From Candidatus Saccharimonadota bacterium (GTDB lineage Bacteria; Pseudomonadota; Gammaproteobacteria; Enterobacterales; Enterobacteriaceae): a stretch of DNA of 32,000 nt. The DNA is taken from positions 330,001 through 362,000 of the forward strand of contig CP145877.1 in assembly GCA_045690015.1 (NCBI GenBank). The letters run 5' to 3'. The position numbers and the translations under genes are program-made. Shown here in pieces: positions 1 through 9,513 of this stretch. The notes beneath the pieces are model-generated. The model was not told where the DNA came from and made no database searches. It saw only the letters and a program-made list of their open reading frames with translations. Within the stretch, counting starts at the first letter, position 1; every line of letters begins with the position of its first letter.

Positions 1-1
1 T

Positions 2-352
2 CTTGCTCACTTAAATAATGATTTTATAATGGAATTAGGATTAAAAGAGTCCGCACTTAATAATGTCATTCGTGAGAGTTACAAATTACTTAAATTAAAA
101 ACTTATTTTACAGTTGGTACAAAAGAAGTTAGGGGGTGGACAATTCCCGAAGGAACAACCGCTTATCAAGCGGCTAAAAACATTCACTCCGATATTAAAA
201 AAGGTTTTATTCGAGCTCAAATAATCAGCTATGAAGATTTTGTAAAAAATAAAGGAGAACAAGCTGCGAAAGAAGCTGGTAAAGTACATATAGAAGGAAA
301 AGAATATTTAGTAAAAGATGGGGATATCATTAATTTTTTATTTAAGATTTAA
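2..352 (+). CDS. ychF: Ribosome-binding ATPase YchF (EngD), C-terminal fragment. The ORF is open to the left window edge.
   Basis: The frame is open from nt 2. The translation (..[82 protein letters not shown]) is collinear with the E. coli YchF C-terminus (..[43 protein letters not shown], recalled from memory). Confidence 0.93.
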   Translation, partial: LAHLNNDFIMELGLKESALNNVIRESYKLLKLKTYFTVGTKEVRGWTIPEGTTAYQAAKNIHSDIKKGFIRAQIISYEDFVKNKGEQAAKEAGKVHIEGKEYLVKDGDIINFLFKI

Positions 353-476
353 TCATGTTTATAAAAAAGTGAATTGACACCTATCTCTTATCTGATTTCA
401 CTTTATATCATTCAATACCAACTTCACTTCTAATAAAAAGTATTGGATTAGGATATATTTTACCGATATAAATAAC

Positions 477-725
477 TTAACTTTTAACCTTTCGATATAT
501 CCATAAAATAATAACAGCACCTATTATTGCTACCATAAAACTTCCAAAATTAAATCCATCTACCTTTCCAAAGCCTAATAAGATACTAATCCAACCTCCT
601 AATACTGCACCTATAATTCCTAAAAGAGTAGTAATTATAATACCACCATTATCTTTACCTGGCATAAACCACTTTGCTAGCATGCCAACTATTAATCCAA
701 AGAAGATCCAAGATAGAATTCCCAT
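477..725 (-). CDS. yeaQ: GlsB/YeaQ/YmgE-family small inner-membrane protein (82 aa)
   Basis: MGILSWIFFGLIVGMLAKWFMPGKDNGG...FGKVDGFNFGSF..IYRKVKS is near-collinear with E. coli YeaQ (recalled). It has Gly-rich hydrophobic segments and an ATG start. Confidence 0.88.
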   Translation of the reverse strand: MGILSWIFFGLIVGMLAKWFMPGKDNGGIIITTLLGIIGAVLGGWISILLGFGKVDGFNFGSFMVAIIGAVIILWIYRKVKS

Positions 726-946
726 GATTATCTCCTAGTTTACTTAGCTTACTGATTATTCGATTTAGGTTAAAATCCAACTAATATAATAGTTTATGTG
801 TTTCCACCTACCTATAATAGCATGCAAAAATCAATCTATGGCAATAATAAATATAGTTATTTTATGACATACCAATTAAAATCATAAGATGATTCTATCA
901 TGCTTTTAATATTTCAAAGGTTAAATATTCTATTCATGAGTATACT

Positions 947-2053
947 ATGTCTTTAAATAAAAATAAAAGAGTTATAATAGCAATGTCAGGTGGTGTTGAT
1001 TCTAGTGTGGCAGCATTACTTTTAAAAAATCAGTTTCAGGTTGAAGGATTATTTATGAAAAATTGGGAGGAGGATGATAATGAATCTTATTGTCAATCTA
1101 TACAAGATTTAGCAGATGCTCAAGCAGTATGTGATCAGTTAGATATTAAATTGCATAAAATAAATTTTTCAGCCGAGTATTGGGACAATGTCTTTCAGTA
1201 TTTTTTAGAAGAATATAAGATAGGACGTACACCAAATCCAGATATCCTATGTAATAAAAAAATCAAGTTTGATATTTTTATGGATTTTTGTTTGCAAGAT
1301 CTTAAGGCAGATTTTATTGCTACAGGACATTATGTACGCAAATCAAATATTAATGATCAGAATCGATTATTACGTGCAATAGATAAAAATAAAGATCAAA
1401 GCTATTTTCTATACACTTTAAATCAAAAACAGTTGAAAAATACCATTTTTCCTCTAGGTAAACTTACTAAAACGGAAGTTCGACGTATAGCTAATCAATA
1501 CAATTTAATTACCTCAAAGAAAAAGGATTCTACAGGAATTTGTTTTATTGGTAAAAGAAAATTTAGAAATTTTCTTAATCGTTATTTACCAAATAAACCA
1601 GGAAATATTGTAACTATTAATGGAAATATTATTGGTCGACATCAAGGAATTATGTATCATACCATAGGGCAACGTAAAGGTTTAGGAATTGGTGGAATTA
1701 AAAATTCAATTAATGCTCCATGGTATGTAGTAAATAAAGATCTCAAAAAAAATCTATTGATTGTTGCGCAAGGATATGATAATCCACATTTGATGTCAAA
1801 GGGAATGATTGTAGACCAACTTCATTGGTATGATTTAAAATCATTAAATAAAGAAATATACTGTACAGTAAAAACTCGTTATCGTCAAACTGATATCCCC
1901 TGTATTATTACTCCTAAAAAGGATCTAACTAAAATTACAGTAAAATTAATTATACCGATAACTGCTGTTACTCCAGGTCAATCAGCTGTTTTTTATCATG
2001 GAGATATTTGTTTAGGAGGTGGAATTATTGAAAAAAGTTTTACATTAATTTAA
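947..2053 (+). CDS. mnmA: tRNA-specific 2-thiouridylase MnmA (TrmU)
   Basis: It carries the PP-loop SGGVDSS plus [38 protein letters not shown] and TPGQSAVFY. The protein is full length (368 aa) and collinear with E. coli MnmA. Confidence 0.96.
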   Translation: MSLNKNKRVIIAMSGGVDSSVAALLLKNQFQVEGLFMKNWEEDDNESYCQSIQDLADAQAVCDQLDIKLHKINFSAEYWDNVFQYFLEEYKIGRTPNPDILCNKKIKFDIFMDFCLQDLKADFIATGHYVRKSNINDQNRLLRAIDKNKDQSYFLYTLNQKQLKNTIFPLGKLTKTEVRRIANQYNLITSKKKDSTGICFIGKRKFRNFLNRYLPNKPGNIVTINGNIIGRHQGIMYHTIGQRKGLGIGGIKNSINAPWYVVNKDLKKNLLIVAQGYDNPHLMSKGMIVDQLHWYDLKSLNKEIYCTVKTRYRQTDIPCIITPKKDLTKITVKLIIPITAVTPGQSAVFYHGDICLGGGIIEKSFTLI

Positions 2054-2074
2054 TTAAGAGAGGAGTATTTATTA

Positions 2075-3499
2075 ATGGAATTATCGTTTTTAACGGCTAT
2101 TTCACCTATTGATGGTCGTTATGCTAATTTGGTAAGTTCTTTGCGAAAAATATTCACAGAATATAATTTTATAAGATTACGTGTTCAAATTGAAATTCGT
2201 TGGTTACAAAAACTAGCCAATTGTTCTGATATAAAAGAAATAACTAAATTTGATTCAGAAGATAATGATTATTTAGAGAATATTATTACTTCTTTTTCAG
2301 AAGATGATGCTAAAAAGATTAAAAACATTGAGACTACTACTCATCATGATGTAAAAGCAATAGAATATTTTATAAAACAGAAAATTATTACATCTTCAAG
2401 TAAGAATTTAAAATCTATTATTGAATTTGTTCATTTTGCTTGTACTTCTGAAGATATTAATAATTTGTCTTACGCTATAATGATAAAATCTGCTATAACC
2501 GATGTAATCTTACCCCAATGGAATAAGATTATTGCAATTATAAGCATTTGGGCTCATAAATATCGTGCTACACCGATGTTATCTCATACTCATGGGCAAC
2601 CAGCAGCTACCACTACGGTTGGCAAGGAAATGGCTAATATTGCTAGTAGAATGATACGTCAATTTCAAAAACTAAAAAAGATAGAAATTTTAGGAAAAAT
2701 TAATGGTGCTGTAGGAAATTATAATGCGCATTGTGCTGCTTATCCTACAATAGATTGGCAACAAATAAGCGAAGAATTTGTAACTTCTTTTGGTGTGACG
2801 TGGAATCCATATACTACACAAATTGAACCCCATGATTATATAGCTGAAATCTTCGATTGCGTTAGACGTTTTAATACTATTTTAATTAATTTTAATAGAG
2901 ATATATGGGGCTATTTGGCATTAAATTACTTTAAACAAAAACCCTTTCCAGGAGAGATTGGTTCTTCTACCATGCCACACAAAATTAATCCGATTTTTTT
3001 TGAAAATGCTGAAGCTAATTTAGGATTATCCAATGCCATTTTAATGCATTTAGCAAATAAACTCCCTATTTCACGTTGGCAACGTGATTTAACCGATTCG
3101 ACTCTTTTGCGTAATTTAGGAGTGGGCTTGAGTTATGCTCTAATTGCTTGGAAAAACACTTTCCAGGGAATAAAAAAATTAGAATTGAATTATAGCCAAT
3201 TATTAATTCAATTAGATCAGAATTGGGAAATTCTTGCCGAGTCTATTCAAACTGTAATGCGTAAATATGGAATTTCGAATCCATATGAAAAACTTAAGGA
3301 ATTGACACAGGGCAAAAGGATTAATAGCAGTGCTATACGTTCGTTTATAGATCTACTTCCCTTGCCTGAAGTAGAAAAAGGCAGACTAAAAAATCTAACT
3401 CCATTCAATTATTTAGGATTAGCTATAGAGTTAGTTGATCATTTTACTAACCTAACAGCAGCTCCGCTTCAGCTATTAAATGATGAATATTATGATTAA
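2075..3499 (+). CDS. purB: Adenylosuccinate lyase PurB (474 aa, about 17 aa longer at the C-terminus than my recollection of E. coli PurB)
   Basis: It starts MELSFLTAISPIDGRYAN and carries HFACTSEDINNL, SHTHGQPA, the signature GSSTMPHKINP and SRWQRDLTDST. The SD-like 'agaggag' lies upstream of the ATG. Confidence 0.96.
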   Translation: MELSFLTAISPIDGRYANLVSSLRKIFTEYNFIRLRVQIEIRWLQKLANCSDIKEITKFDSEDNDYLENIITSFSEDDAKKIKNIETTTHHDVKAIEYFIKQKIITSSSKNLKSIIEFVHFACTSEDINNLSYAIMIKSAITDVILPQWNKIIAIISIWAHKYRATPMLSHTHGQPAATTTVGKEMANIASRMIRQFQKLKKIEILGKINGAVGNYNAHCAAYPTIDWQQISEEFVTSFGVTWNPYTTQIEPHDYIAEIFDCVRRFNTILINFNRDIWGYLALNYFKQKPFPGEIGSSTMPHKINPIFFENAEANLGLSNAILMHLANKLPISRWQRDLTDSTLLRNLGVGLSYALIAWKNTFQGIKKLELNYSQLLIQLDQNWEILAESIQTVMRKYGISNPYEKLKELTQGKRINSSAIRSFIDLLPLPEVEKGRLKNLTPFNYLGLAIELVDHFTNLTAAPLQLLNDEYYD

Positions 3500-3520
3500 T
3501 CTAATCACTAGATTAGATTA
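3497..3520. other. Perfect 10-bp inverted repeat with a 4-nt loop (taatctaatc-acta-gattagatta) spanning both stop codons of convergent purB and hinT. It may be a bidirectional 3'-end hairpin.
   Basis: Read directly from the sequence. The left arm begins with the purB TAA (3497-3499). The loop plus right arm cover the hinT TAG (3508-3510) and its last codons. No U-tract follows on either strand. Confidence 0.35.
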
Positions 3521-3891
3521 TTGATGGGATCGGAAATTATAGGTCCTAACATACAACCCCCTATTAGATGCAAATGAATATGATATATTTCTTGACCTCC
3601 ATGTTGATTACAGTTCATTATCAATCGATATCCTTGATCAGCTATTTTTTCATCTTTAGCAATTTTTGCTGCAACAGTTACTAATCTTCCAATAATAGGT
3701 TCATCTTTAATTTGAATATCATTAAGAGTTGGAATACAAACATTAGGAACTACAATAATATGAACAGGTGCTTTTGGAAAAATATCTCTAAAAGCAGTAA
3801 CCAATTTATCTTGATAAATTATATCTGCTTGAATTTCGTGCTTAATAATTTTACTAAAAATGGTTGCATCTGATCTAGTTTTACTGAACAT
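3508..3891 (-). CDS. hinT: HIT-family purine nucleoside phosphoramidase HinT
   Basis: It has the histidine-triad motif HIHLHLIGG. TIFSKIIKHEI..IYQD..VTAFRDI.P.AP.H and GYRLIMN.N.HGGQE are collinear with E. coli HinT (YcfF). Confidence 0.92.
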   Translation of the reverse strand: MFSKTRSDATIFSKIIKHEIQADIIYQDKLVTAFRDIFPKAPVHIIVVPNVCIPTLNDIQIKDEPIIGRLVTVAAKIAKDEKIADQGYRLIMNCNQHGGQEIYHIHLHLIGGCMLGPIISDPINNLI

Positions 3892-3897
3892 ATACTT

Positions 3898-4692
3898 TTA
3901 TTTATAATTTAAGGGTATTCTAAATAAACGAATAAAATTATTAGTAGTAATTGCAGCAAATTCTTCTAAAGGAAGATTTTTGATTGCAGCAATAAACTCA
4001 GCTATCTGATATAAGAATGCTGGATGATTTTCTTTACCACGATATGGAACTGGGGCTAAATAAGGTGAATCAGTTTCTATAAGTATTCTATCTAATGGGA
4101 TATAACGTACTATTTCATGTAAATGAGTTACCTTATTAAAGGTAATAATACCAGAAAACGATATGTAAAATCCTATATCTAGGATTTTTTTTGCCATCAT
4201 TATATCTTCAGTAAAACAATGTAGTACCCCTCCACATTTTTCTGCATGGGATTCATATAAAAGATTCAGCGTATCGTTTTTTGCATTCCGTGTATGAACA
4301 ATTAAGGGTTTATCTAATTCACAAGCTATTTGAATATGTTCTCGAAAAAAATTTTTCTGTTTTTTCTTGTTATTGTTAAGCAATTGATAGTGGTAATCTA
4401 ATCCGGTTTCACCTAATGCAATAACCTTATTGTCATTTTTAATTATAGAACGTAACTGTTTACAAGTGATATTAATATCACATTGATTAACATATAATGG
4501 ATGTAAACCGCAAGAATAGGCTACTGGATATTTTTTATTATCTATTATTTTTACCATATCCATATATTCAGATATGGAAGTTGATACAGTTAACACAAAT
4601 TTAACATGGTTTTCAGCTGCTTTTTTTAAAACATTATCTAAATTTTTAGATTTTAATTGATTAAGATGGCAATGGGAATCTACTAAAAACAT
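3898..4692 (-). CDS. ycfH: TatD-family metal-dependent hydrolase/DNase YcfH
   Basis: The motifs MFLVDSHCHL, ALGETGLDY, PLIVHTR, GGVLHCFTE, FYISFSGI, ETDSPYLAPVP.RGKEN are collinear with E. coli YcfH. It lies downstream of holB, as in E. coli. Confidence 0.93.
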   Translation of the reverse strand: MFLVDSHCHLNQLKSKNLDNVLKKAAENHVKFVLTVSTSISEYMDMVKIIDNKKYPVAYSCGLHPLYVNQCDINITCKQLRSIIKNDNKVIALGETGLDYHYQLLNNNKKKQKNFFREHIQIACELDKPLIVHTRNAKNDTLNLLYESHAEKCGGVLHCFTEDIMMAKKILDIGFYISFSGIITFNKVTHLHEIVRYIPLDRILIETDSPYLAPVPYRGKENHPAFLYQIAEFIAAIKNLPLEEFAAITTNNFIRLFRIPLNYK

Positions 4693-4707
4693 AATAATAT
4701 TATCCTA

Positions 4708-5730
4708 TTATCTTGTTGTAGTAATATTTACATTTGGTTGGACTAATTGATTCCATACAATTAATGGTTTTATTAATAATAATTCTTGAGAAATGGATGT
4801 TACATGTAATATGCGATATCGACAAATACACCATTGTTTAAAAGCTAATAATAAGGCTTCTGTTGAAATACAATCTGCTAATTTTTTTACTAATTCATAA
4901 TAATCGCTATTAATTATATGTGTTTTATCAGTATGCTTGGTTTTTAAAGCATCTACTAATAAAGTACATAACCATTCAATTTGTTTAGCAACATTTTCAT
5001 TCTTGAGCAATGGTAATAGCTTGATTATTTTTAACTTAAATACATTATTTAGGATTTCATCATATATTTTTTTTCTATTTTTCCAATCTGACGATCTTAA
5101 TAAGTTTAAAGCAGCTATAGGAGCTCCATAACTCAATCTTAATGCTGTAATTAATGTAACTTTTGGTAAATTATTAATATCATTATTAGTTTTTAACCAA
5201 TTTAATCCCTCAATTTCAGTTGGAGGAATAATATACCATGGTTGACAACGACTACGTAAGTTGATTGGAAGATTAGTTTTTTCTAAACTATATATAAAAA
5301 ACCAAGTTTTTTTTGGTGGATTTTCTACTATCTTTAATAGTGCATTAACTGCTGATTGAGTGAGTTTTTCGGATTTTAATATCCAAATAATTTTGGCTGT
5401 CCCTAATTTAGACTTATGATAAATAATCTCATTAATCTCCCTAATTTGTTCAATTCCTAAAGTAGTTTGTCCGGCTTTTATATTAAGAATATATAAATCT
5501 GGATGGGTCATAGCGTACATAAGTTTACAATTATGACATTTGCCACAACTAGTACTAAATGAACACATTAATAAGCAACTTATTTTCCATAATAATGCTT
5601 CTATACCTAATCCATATGGTGCATGTAATAAAAGCGTATGATGTATACATCTTGTACGATATTGTTTAATTATTTGCCGATACGGATAATCAAGCCACGG
5701 ATACCAGTTCTTTGTTATTTTTTCCACCAT
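4708..5730 (-). CDS. holB: DNA polymerase III delta' subunit HolB
   Basis: WYPWL near the N-terminus, the Cys cluster C..CGKCHNCKL, THPDLY, NALLKIVENPP..TWFF and LRSRCQ are collinear with E. coli HolB. Its start overlaps the tmk 3' end by 16 nt. Confidence 0.9.
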   Translation of the reverse strand: MVEKITKNWYPWLDYPYRQIIKQYRTRCIHHTLLLHAPYGLGIEALLWKISCLLMCSFSTSCGKCHNCKLMYAMTHPDLYILNIKAGQTTLGIEQIREINEIIYHKSKLGTAKIIWILKSEKLTQSAVNALLKIVENPPKKTWFFIYSLEKTNLPINLRSRCQPWYIIPPTEIEGLNWLKTNNDINNLPKVTLITALRLSYGAPIAALNLLRSSDWKNRKKIYDEILNNVFKLKIIKLLPLLKNENVAKQIEWLCTLLVDALKTKHTDKTHIINSDYYELVKKLADCISTEALLLAFKQWCICRYRILHVTSISQELLLIKPLIVWNQLVQPNVNITTTR

Positions 5731-6341
5731 TCTTCCAGTATTATATATAATGAAGATTTTACGAAACTAAGCGCTTGTGTAGCATCAATAACTTTAATGT
5801 TATGATTTTTCTTGGCTAGTGAAAGATAACCTTTCCTAACCTTATAAAAAAATGACAGAGATTCTTGTTCAATGCGATCTAAAATTCCTCTTTCTTGAGC
5901 TCTCTTTAATCCAATTTCCGGGGTAACATCAAGATATAATGTTAAGTCAGGTATAGTATTTTCCAATATTACTTGACGTAAAAAATTTAATAATTGACCA
6001 TGAAAATTTCTACCATAACCTTGATAAGCTTCTGTTGACAAATCGTAACGATCACTAACAACCCATGCTCCTCGTGCTAAAGCGGGTTTTATTTTCATTT
6101 CAATTAGTTGAATACGAGCAGCATATAACATCAAGAGTTCAGCTTTATTAGTGATTTTTTCTCCTTTAACTCCATGTTTAATCAAACTTCGTAATTTTTC
6201 TGCTAATGGAGTTCCTCCAGGATCATGAGTTAATATAATATCATTAATAGATTTATCCTTTAAAAAATTCATTACCATATCGCAAACAGTTGTTTTTCCT
6301 GCACCTTCTAACCCTTCAATAACAATAAAACGATTTTTCAT
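5715..6341 (-). CDS. tmk: Thymidylate kinase
   Basis: It has FIVIEGLEGAGKTT (P-loop), the DRY.S..AYQG motif (SDRYDLSTEAYQG), and the tmk-holB adjacency seen in E. coli. Confidence 0.95.
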   Translation of the reverse strand: MKNRFIVIEGLEGAGKTTVCDMVMNFLKDKSINDIILTHDPGGTPLAEKLRSLIKHGVKGEKITNKAELLMLYAARIQLIEMKIKPALARGAWVVSDRYDLSTEAYQGYGRNFHGQLLNFLRQVILENTIPDLTLYLDVTPEIGLKRAQERGILDRIEQESLSFFYKVRKGYLSLAKKNHNIKVIDATQALSFVKSSLYIILEEWWKK

Positions 6342-6446
6342 TTTTATTGACTTACTACTTAAAATAATGTTTTTTATCGTAATTATTTAAAATTATAATT
6401 AATTAGTTACTCGAGAATTGTATGGTGGATAGTGTATACTTAATTT

Positions 6447-6683
6447 TTAATGACTTGCTATATAATCAATAGCTGCTTGAACCGTGGTTATTTTTTCTGC
6501 ATCTTCATCTGGAATTTCTTTATTAAATTCTTCTTCTAAAGCCATAACTAATTCAACGGTATCAAGAGAGTCGGCACCGAGATCTTCTACAAAAGAAGCT
6601 GTATTTACTACTTCTTCTTGATTTACTCCTAGCTGATCACAAATTATTTGCTTAACTCGTTCTTCGAGAGTACTTGTACTCAT
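6447..6683 (-). CDS. acpP: Acyl carrier protein
   Basis: This 78-aa protein matches [47 protein letters not shown] and contains the DSLD phosphopantetheine-attachment Ser. Confidence 0.98.
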   Translation of the reverse strand: MSTSTLEERVKQIICDQLGVNQEEVVNTASFVEDLGADSLDTVELVMALEEEFNKEIPDEDAEKITTVQAAIDYIASH

Positions 6684-6784
6684 ACGTTAAAGTTCCTATC
6701 AAAATAATTCACTTTTTATTAAATAATATGCAATTTTAGCATATTAATATTTATATTAAGGTTTAATTTTACAACTTAACTTGA

Positions 6785-7516
6785 TTATACCATATACATC
6801 CCACCATTAATGTGTAAAGTCTCACCTGTAATATATCCTGCTTCATCCGAAGCTAAAAAAGCAACTGCATTTGCAATCTCTTGGATATTACCAAAACGAC
6901 CGACAGGAATTTTAGTTAATATTTCTGCACGTTTTTTTTTGCTTAAAGCTTTTGTCATATCAGTTTCAATAAATCCCGGTGCTATAACATTAACTGTAAT
7001 TCCACGTGACGCTACTTCCAGTGCGAGGGATTTACTAAAACCAAGGATGCCTGCTTTTGTGGCAGCATAATTTACTTGTCCTTTATTACCAGTAATTCCT
7101 ATCATTGAACCAATATTAATAATTCTACCTGCATGTTTCTTAATCATAGTTCCTATAACTGCTTTAGATAGATAAAATATAGAAGATAAATTTATATTTA
7201 CAACTTCTTGCCATTCATGATCTTTCATATATATTAGTAGATTATCTTTAGTGATACCTACATTGTTAATTAATATATCTATTTCTCCTAGTTCGGAGCG
7301 AATCTCTTTTAAAACTCCATCAATAGAGGTAATATTAGTAAGGTCTAAAATAAATCCTTTACCCCCATTTTTTATTAAAATAGTATTAATTATATGAGCA
7401 CCATAAAGATCAGTAGCAGTGCCAGCTACTATCACACCACGGATAGCTAGATTTTCTGCTATGGCACGTCCAATCCCTCGGTTAGCACCTGTAACTAATG
7501 CCACTTTTCCTTTCAT
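6785..7516 (-). CDS. fabG: 3-oxoacyl-[ACP] reductase FabG
   Basis: It is an SDR with TGANRGIGRAIA (TGxxxGIG), NNVGI, the catalytic NYAATKAG (YxxxK) and PGFIETDMT. An ATGA-type 4-nt overlap couples its start to the end of upstream fabD. Confidence 0.97.
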   Translation of the reverse strand: MKGKVALVTGANRGIGRAIAENLAIRGVIVAGTATDLYGAHIINTILIKNGGKGFILDLTNITSIDGVLKEIRSELGEIDILINNVGITKDNLLIYMKDHEWQEVVNINLSSIFYLSKAVIGTMIKKHAGRIINIGSMIGITGNKGQVNYAATKAGILGFSKSLALEVASRGITVNVIAPGFIETDMTKALSKKKRAEILTKIPVGRFGNIQEIANAVAFLASDEAGYITGETLHINGGMYMV

Positions 7517-8460
7517 AATAAAGATTCTCTTTTTAATTTTTTTATTATTGAGGATAAATTATTATTATTTTCAAGATTTATGATAGTCAAATCCGAATTG
7601 ATACGTTTGGTTAATCCCATCAATACTTTTCCAGGACCAACCTCAATAGCAATATTTATGCCACTTTTTTTTATATATTCAACGCATTCAATCCATCTTA
7701 CTGGACTATATAATTGACGAATTAAAGCACTCCTGATTTTTGCTGGTGAGCTTTCACATTTAACATCTACATTATTTAAAGTTGGTATTTGGGGAACCTT
7801 AATAGTGATTTCTTCTAATTCCTTTGCAAAATCCATTGCCATTGGTTTTAATAATTCACAGTGTGAAGCAATATTGATAGGTAATGGTAATACTTTCGCT
7901 CCTGATTTTTTACACGCTAAACCGGCGCGCATTACTGCTTCCTTATGTCCTGATATGACAATTTGTTTTGGAGAATTAAAATTGGCAGGAGTAACTATTT
8001 GACCTCTAGCTGAATCTTTGCAAATATGAAAAATCTTATCCTGATTCAAACCTATGATTATTAACATGGCTCCTTTATCTTTTAATGCTATTTCGTGCAT
8101 CATTTTTTCACGCACTTGTACTAAAGAAATAGCTTCACTGAATGGTATTGTTCCACTACATACTAATGCTGAATATTCTCCTAAACTATGACCTACTAAC
8201 ATTGTAGGTATAGGTCCTCCTAATTGTTTCCATAATCTAAAAATGGATACCGAACTCGTTAGTAAAACTGGCTGTCTTTTATTGGCATAATTTAGTTCTT
8301 TTATAGAAGGTCTCTTGGTTAATTTCCACAGATCATAATTCAAAACTTCTGAAGCTTCATAAAAAGTTTGTTTGATAATAGGAAAAAACTTGGCTATGTT
8401 AATTAACATACCTATGGATTGAGATCCTTGTCCGGGAAACATCATTACAAATGGAATCAT
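7513..8460 (-). CDS. fabD: Malonyl-CoA:ACP transacylase FabD
   Basis: It has FPGQGSQSIGM, the active-site GHSLGEYSAL, and VISGH. I place the start at the ATG at 8460 (MIPFVMMFPGQGSQ, matching E. coli MTQFAFVFPGQGSQ). The track's 8493 start is a TTG that would overlap fabH by 28 nt. Confidence 0.93.
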   Translation of the reverse strand: MIPFVMMFPGQGSQSIGMLINIAKFFPIIKQTFYEASEVLNYDLWKLTKRPSIKELNYANKRQPVLLTSSVSIFRLWKQLGGPIPTMLVGHSLGEYSALVCSGTIPFSEAISLVQVREKMMHEIALKDKGAMLIIIGLNQDKIFHICKDSARGQIVTPANFNSPKQIVISGHKEAVMRAGLACKKSGAKVLPLPINIASHCELLKPMAMDFAKELEEITIKVPQIPTLNNVDVKCESSPAKIRSALIRQLYSPVRWIECVEYIKKSGINIAIEVGPGKVLMGLTKRINSDLTIINLENNNNLSSIIKKLKRESLL

Positions 8461-8465
8461 ATTTA

Positions 8466-9431
8466 TTAAAATATAATCAATGCAGATCCCCAAGTTAATC
8501 CTGCGCCAAAAGCTTCCAACAAAATTAATTGTTTCTGTTGAATACGTCCATCTCGTACTGCTTCATCAAGTGCTGTTGGTATAGAAGCTGAAGAAGTATT
8601 TCCATAGCGATCAAGGGTAATAATAACTTTTTGTTGGTTTAATCCTAATTTTTTAATAGTTGCATTAATAATTCGTAAATTAGCTTGATGGGGTATTATC
8701 CAATCTAAAGCATGAGCTTTTATGTTATTAAGCTTTAATGTTTCATCAATTAAATCTCTCAATTTATTAATAGCAATTTTAAATAACTTTTTTCCTTCCA
8801 TAGTTAAATAATACGAAGAACTATATTTACTACTGATGTGTCCTGAGCCAGGAAGTTTTAGCAAATCTCCATAACGTCCATCAGCATGCAAATGTGTAGA
8901 TAAAATTCCTGGTTTTTTGCTAAATCCTAAAACTACAGCACCTGCACCATCACCAAATAAAATAATTGTTTTGGGATCATTAGGATCTAATCTATGACTA
9001 AGTATATCAGATCCAATAACTAAAGCATATTTAACCATACCATTTTTGATATATTGATCAGCTATGCTAATCGCATATATAAAACCTGTGCAAGCAGCCG
9101 CTACGTCAAAAGCTGCAACACAATGCTTATTAATTCCAAGTAAATTCTGAACTATACACGCTGAGCTTGGAAATACATACCTAGAAGTTGTTGTGGCAAC
9201 AATAATTAATCCAATAGCATTTTTATCAATACCTGCCATAAAAATTGCCCTTTCTGCAGCACGAAAAGCCATGGAAGCTACAGAATCTTTTATATCCGCT
9301 ATATGACGTTTGTGAATTCCTGTGGTTGATACAATCCATTCTTTATCATAATGAATTCTTTCTTCTAAGTCTGCATTAGTTACAATTTTCTCGGGTAGAT
9401 AACTACCTGTTCCGATTATGGATGTATACAT
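8466..9431 (-). CDS. fabH: 3-oxoacyl-[ACP] synthase III FabH
   Basis: It has [14 protein letters not shown], active-site Cys context AAACTGF, HQAN(L)RI, GNTS(S)ASIP and GAGLTWGS, and is collinear with E. coli FabH. Confidence 0.97.
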   Translation of the reverse strand: MYTSIIGTGSYLPEKIVTNADLEERIHYDKEWIVSTTGIHKRHIADIKDSVASMAFRAAERAIFMAGIDKNAIGLIIVATTTSRYVFPSSACIVQNLLGINKHCVAAFDVAAACTGFIYAISIADQYIKNGMVKYALVIGSDILSHRLDPNDPKTIILFGDGAGAVVLGFSKKPGILSTHLHADGRYGDLLKLPGSGHISSKYSSSYYLTMEGKKLFKIAINKLRDLIDETLKLNNIKAHALDWIIPHQANLRIINATIKKLGLNQQKVIITLDRYGNTSSASIPTALDEAVRDGRIQQKQLILLEAFGAGLTWGSALIIF

Positions 9432-9513
9432 TTCTACTTTAGAATTGTTTTACATGAGTATTTTATTAGATAAACCATAGCATTTTTTAGCATATATAGG
9501 ATTAAATATAAAA

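Noticed and set aside
95-289. A 64-aa ORF on the - strand inside ychF.
   Set aside because: It lies fully antisense to a strongly conserved CDS, has low-complexity F/S/N-rich sequence, and has no RBS. It is a shadow ORF.
367-403. An inverted repeat aagtgaa ... ttcactt between convergent ychF and yeaQ, considered as a possible terminator.
   Set aside because: It has only a 7-bp stem with a 23-nt loop and no U-tract, which is within chance expectation for this composition.
3445-3499. Terminal length differences: a purB C-terminal extension (about 17 aa) and an adk N-terminal extension (about 11 aa, 16509-16541).
   Set aside because: Small lineage-specific terminal extensions, or start/stop drift, are common in AT-rich reduced genomes. 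They carry no motif content that suggests a new function.
5715-5730. Gene overlaps: tmk/holB (16 nt), fabD/fabG (4 nt, ATGA), rbfA/truB (14 nt), and the nusA stop next to an infB-frame ATG.
   Set aside because: These are ordinary translational coupling or compaction within conserved operons and are not unusual.
4937-8002. Three + strand ORFs: 4937-5131, 6810-7070 and 7805-8002 (64-86 aa).
   Set aside because: Each is entirely antisense to holB, fabG or fabD respectively. None has independent conservation signals, so all are shadow ORFs.
8461-8493. An N-terminal extension of fabD from a TTG at 8493, overlapping fabH by 28 nt.
   Set aside because: The extension ([10 protein letters not shown]) has no counterpart in FabD. 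The ATG at 8460 gives an N-terminus aligned with E. coli FabD and a 5-nt gap after the fabH stop.
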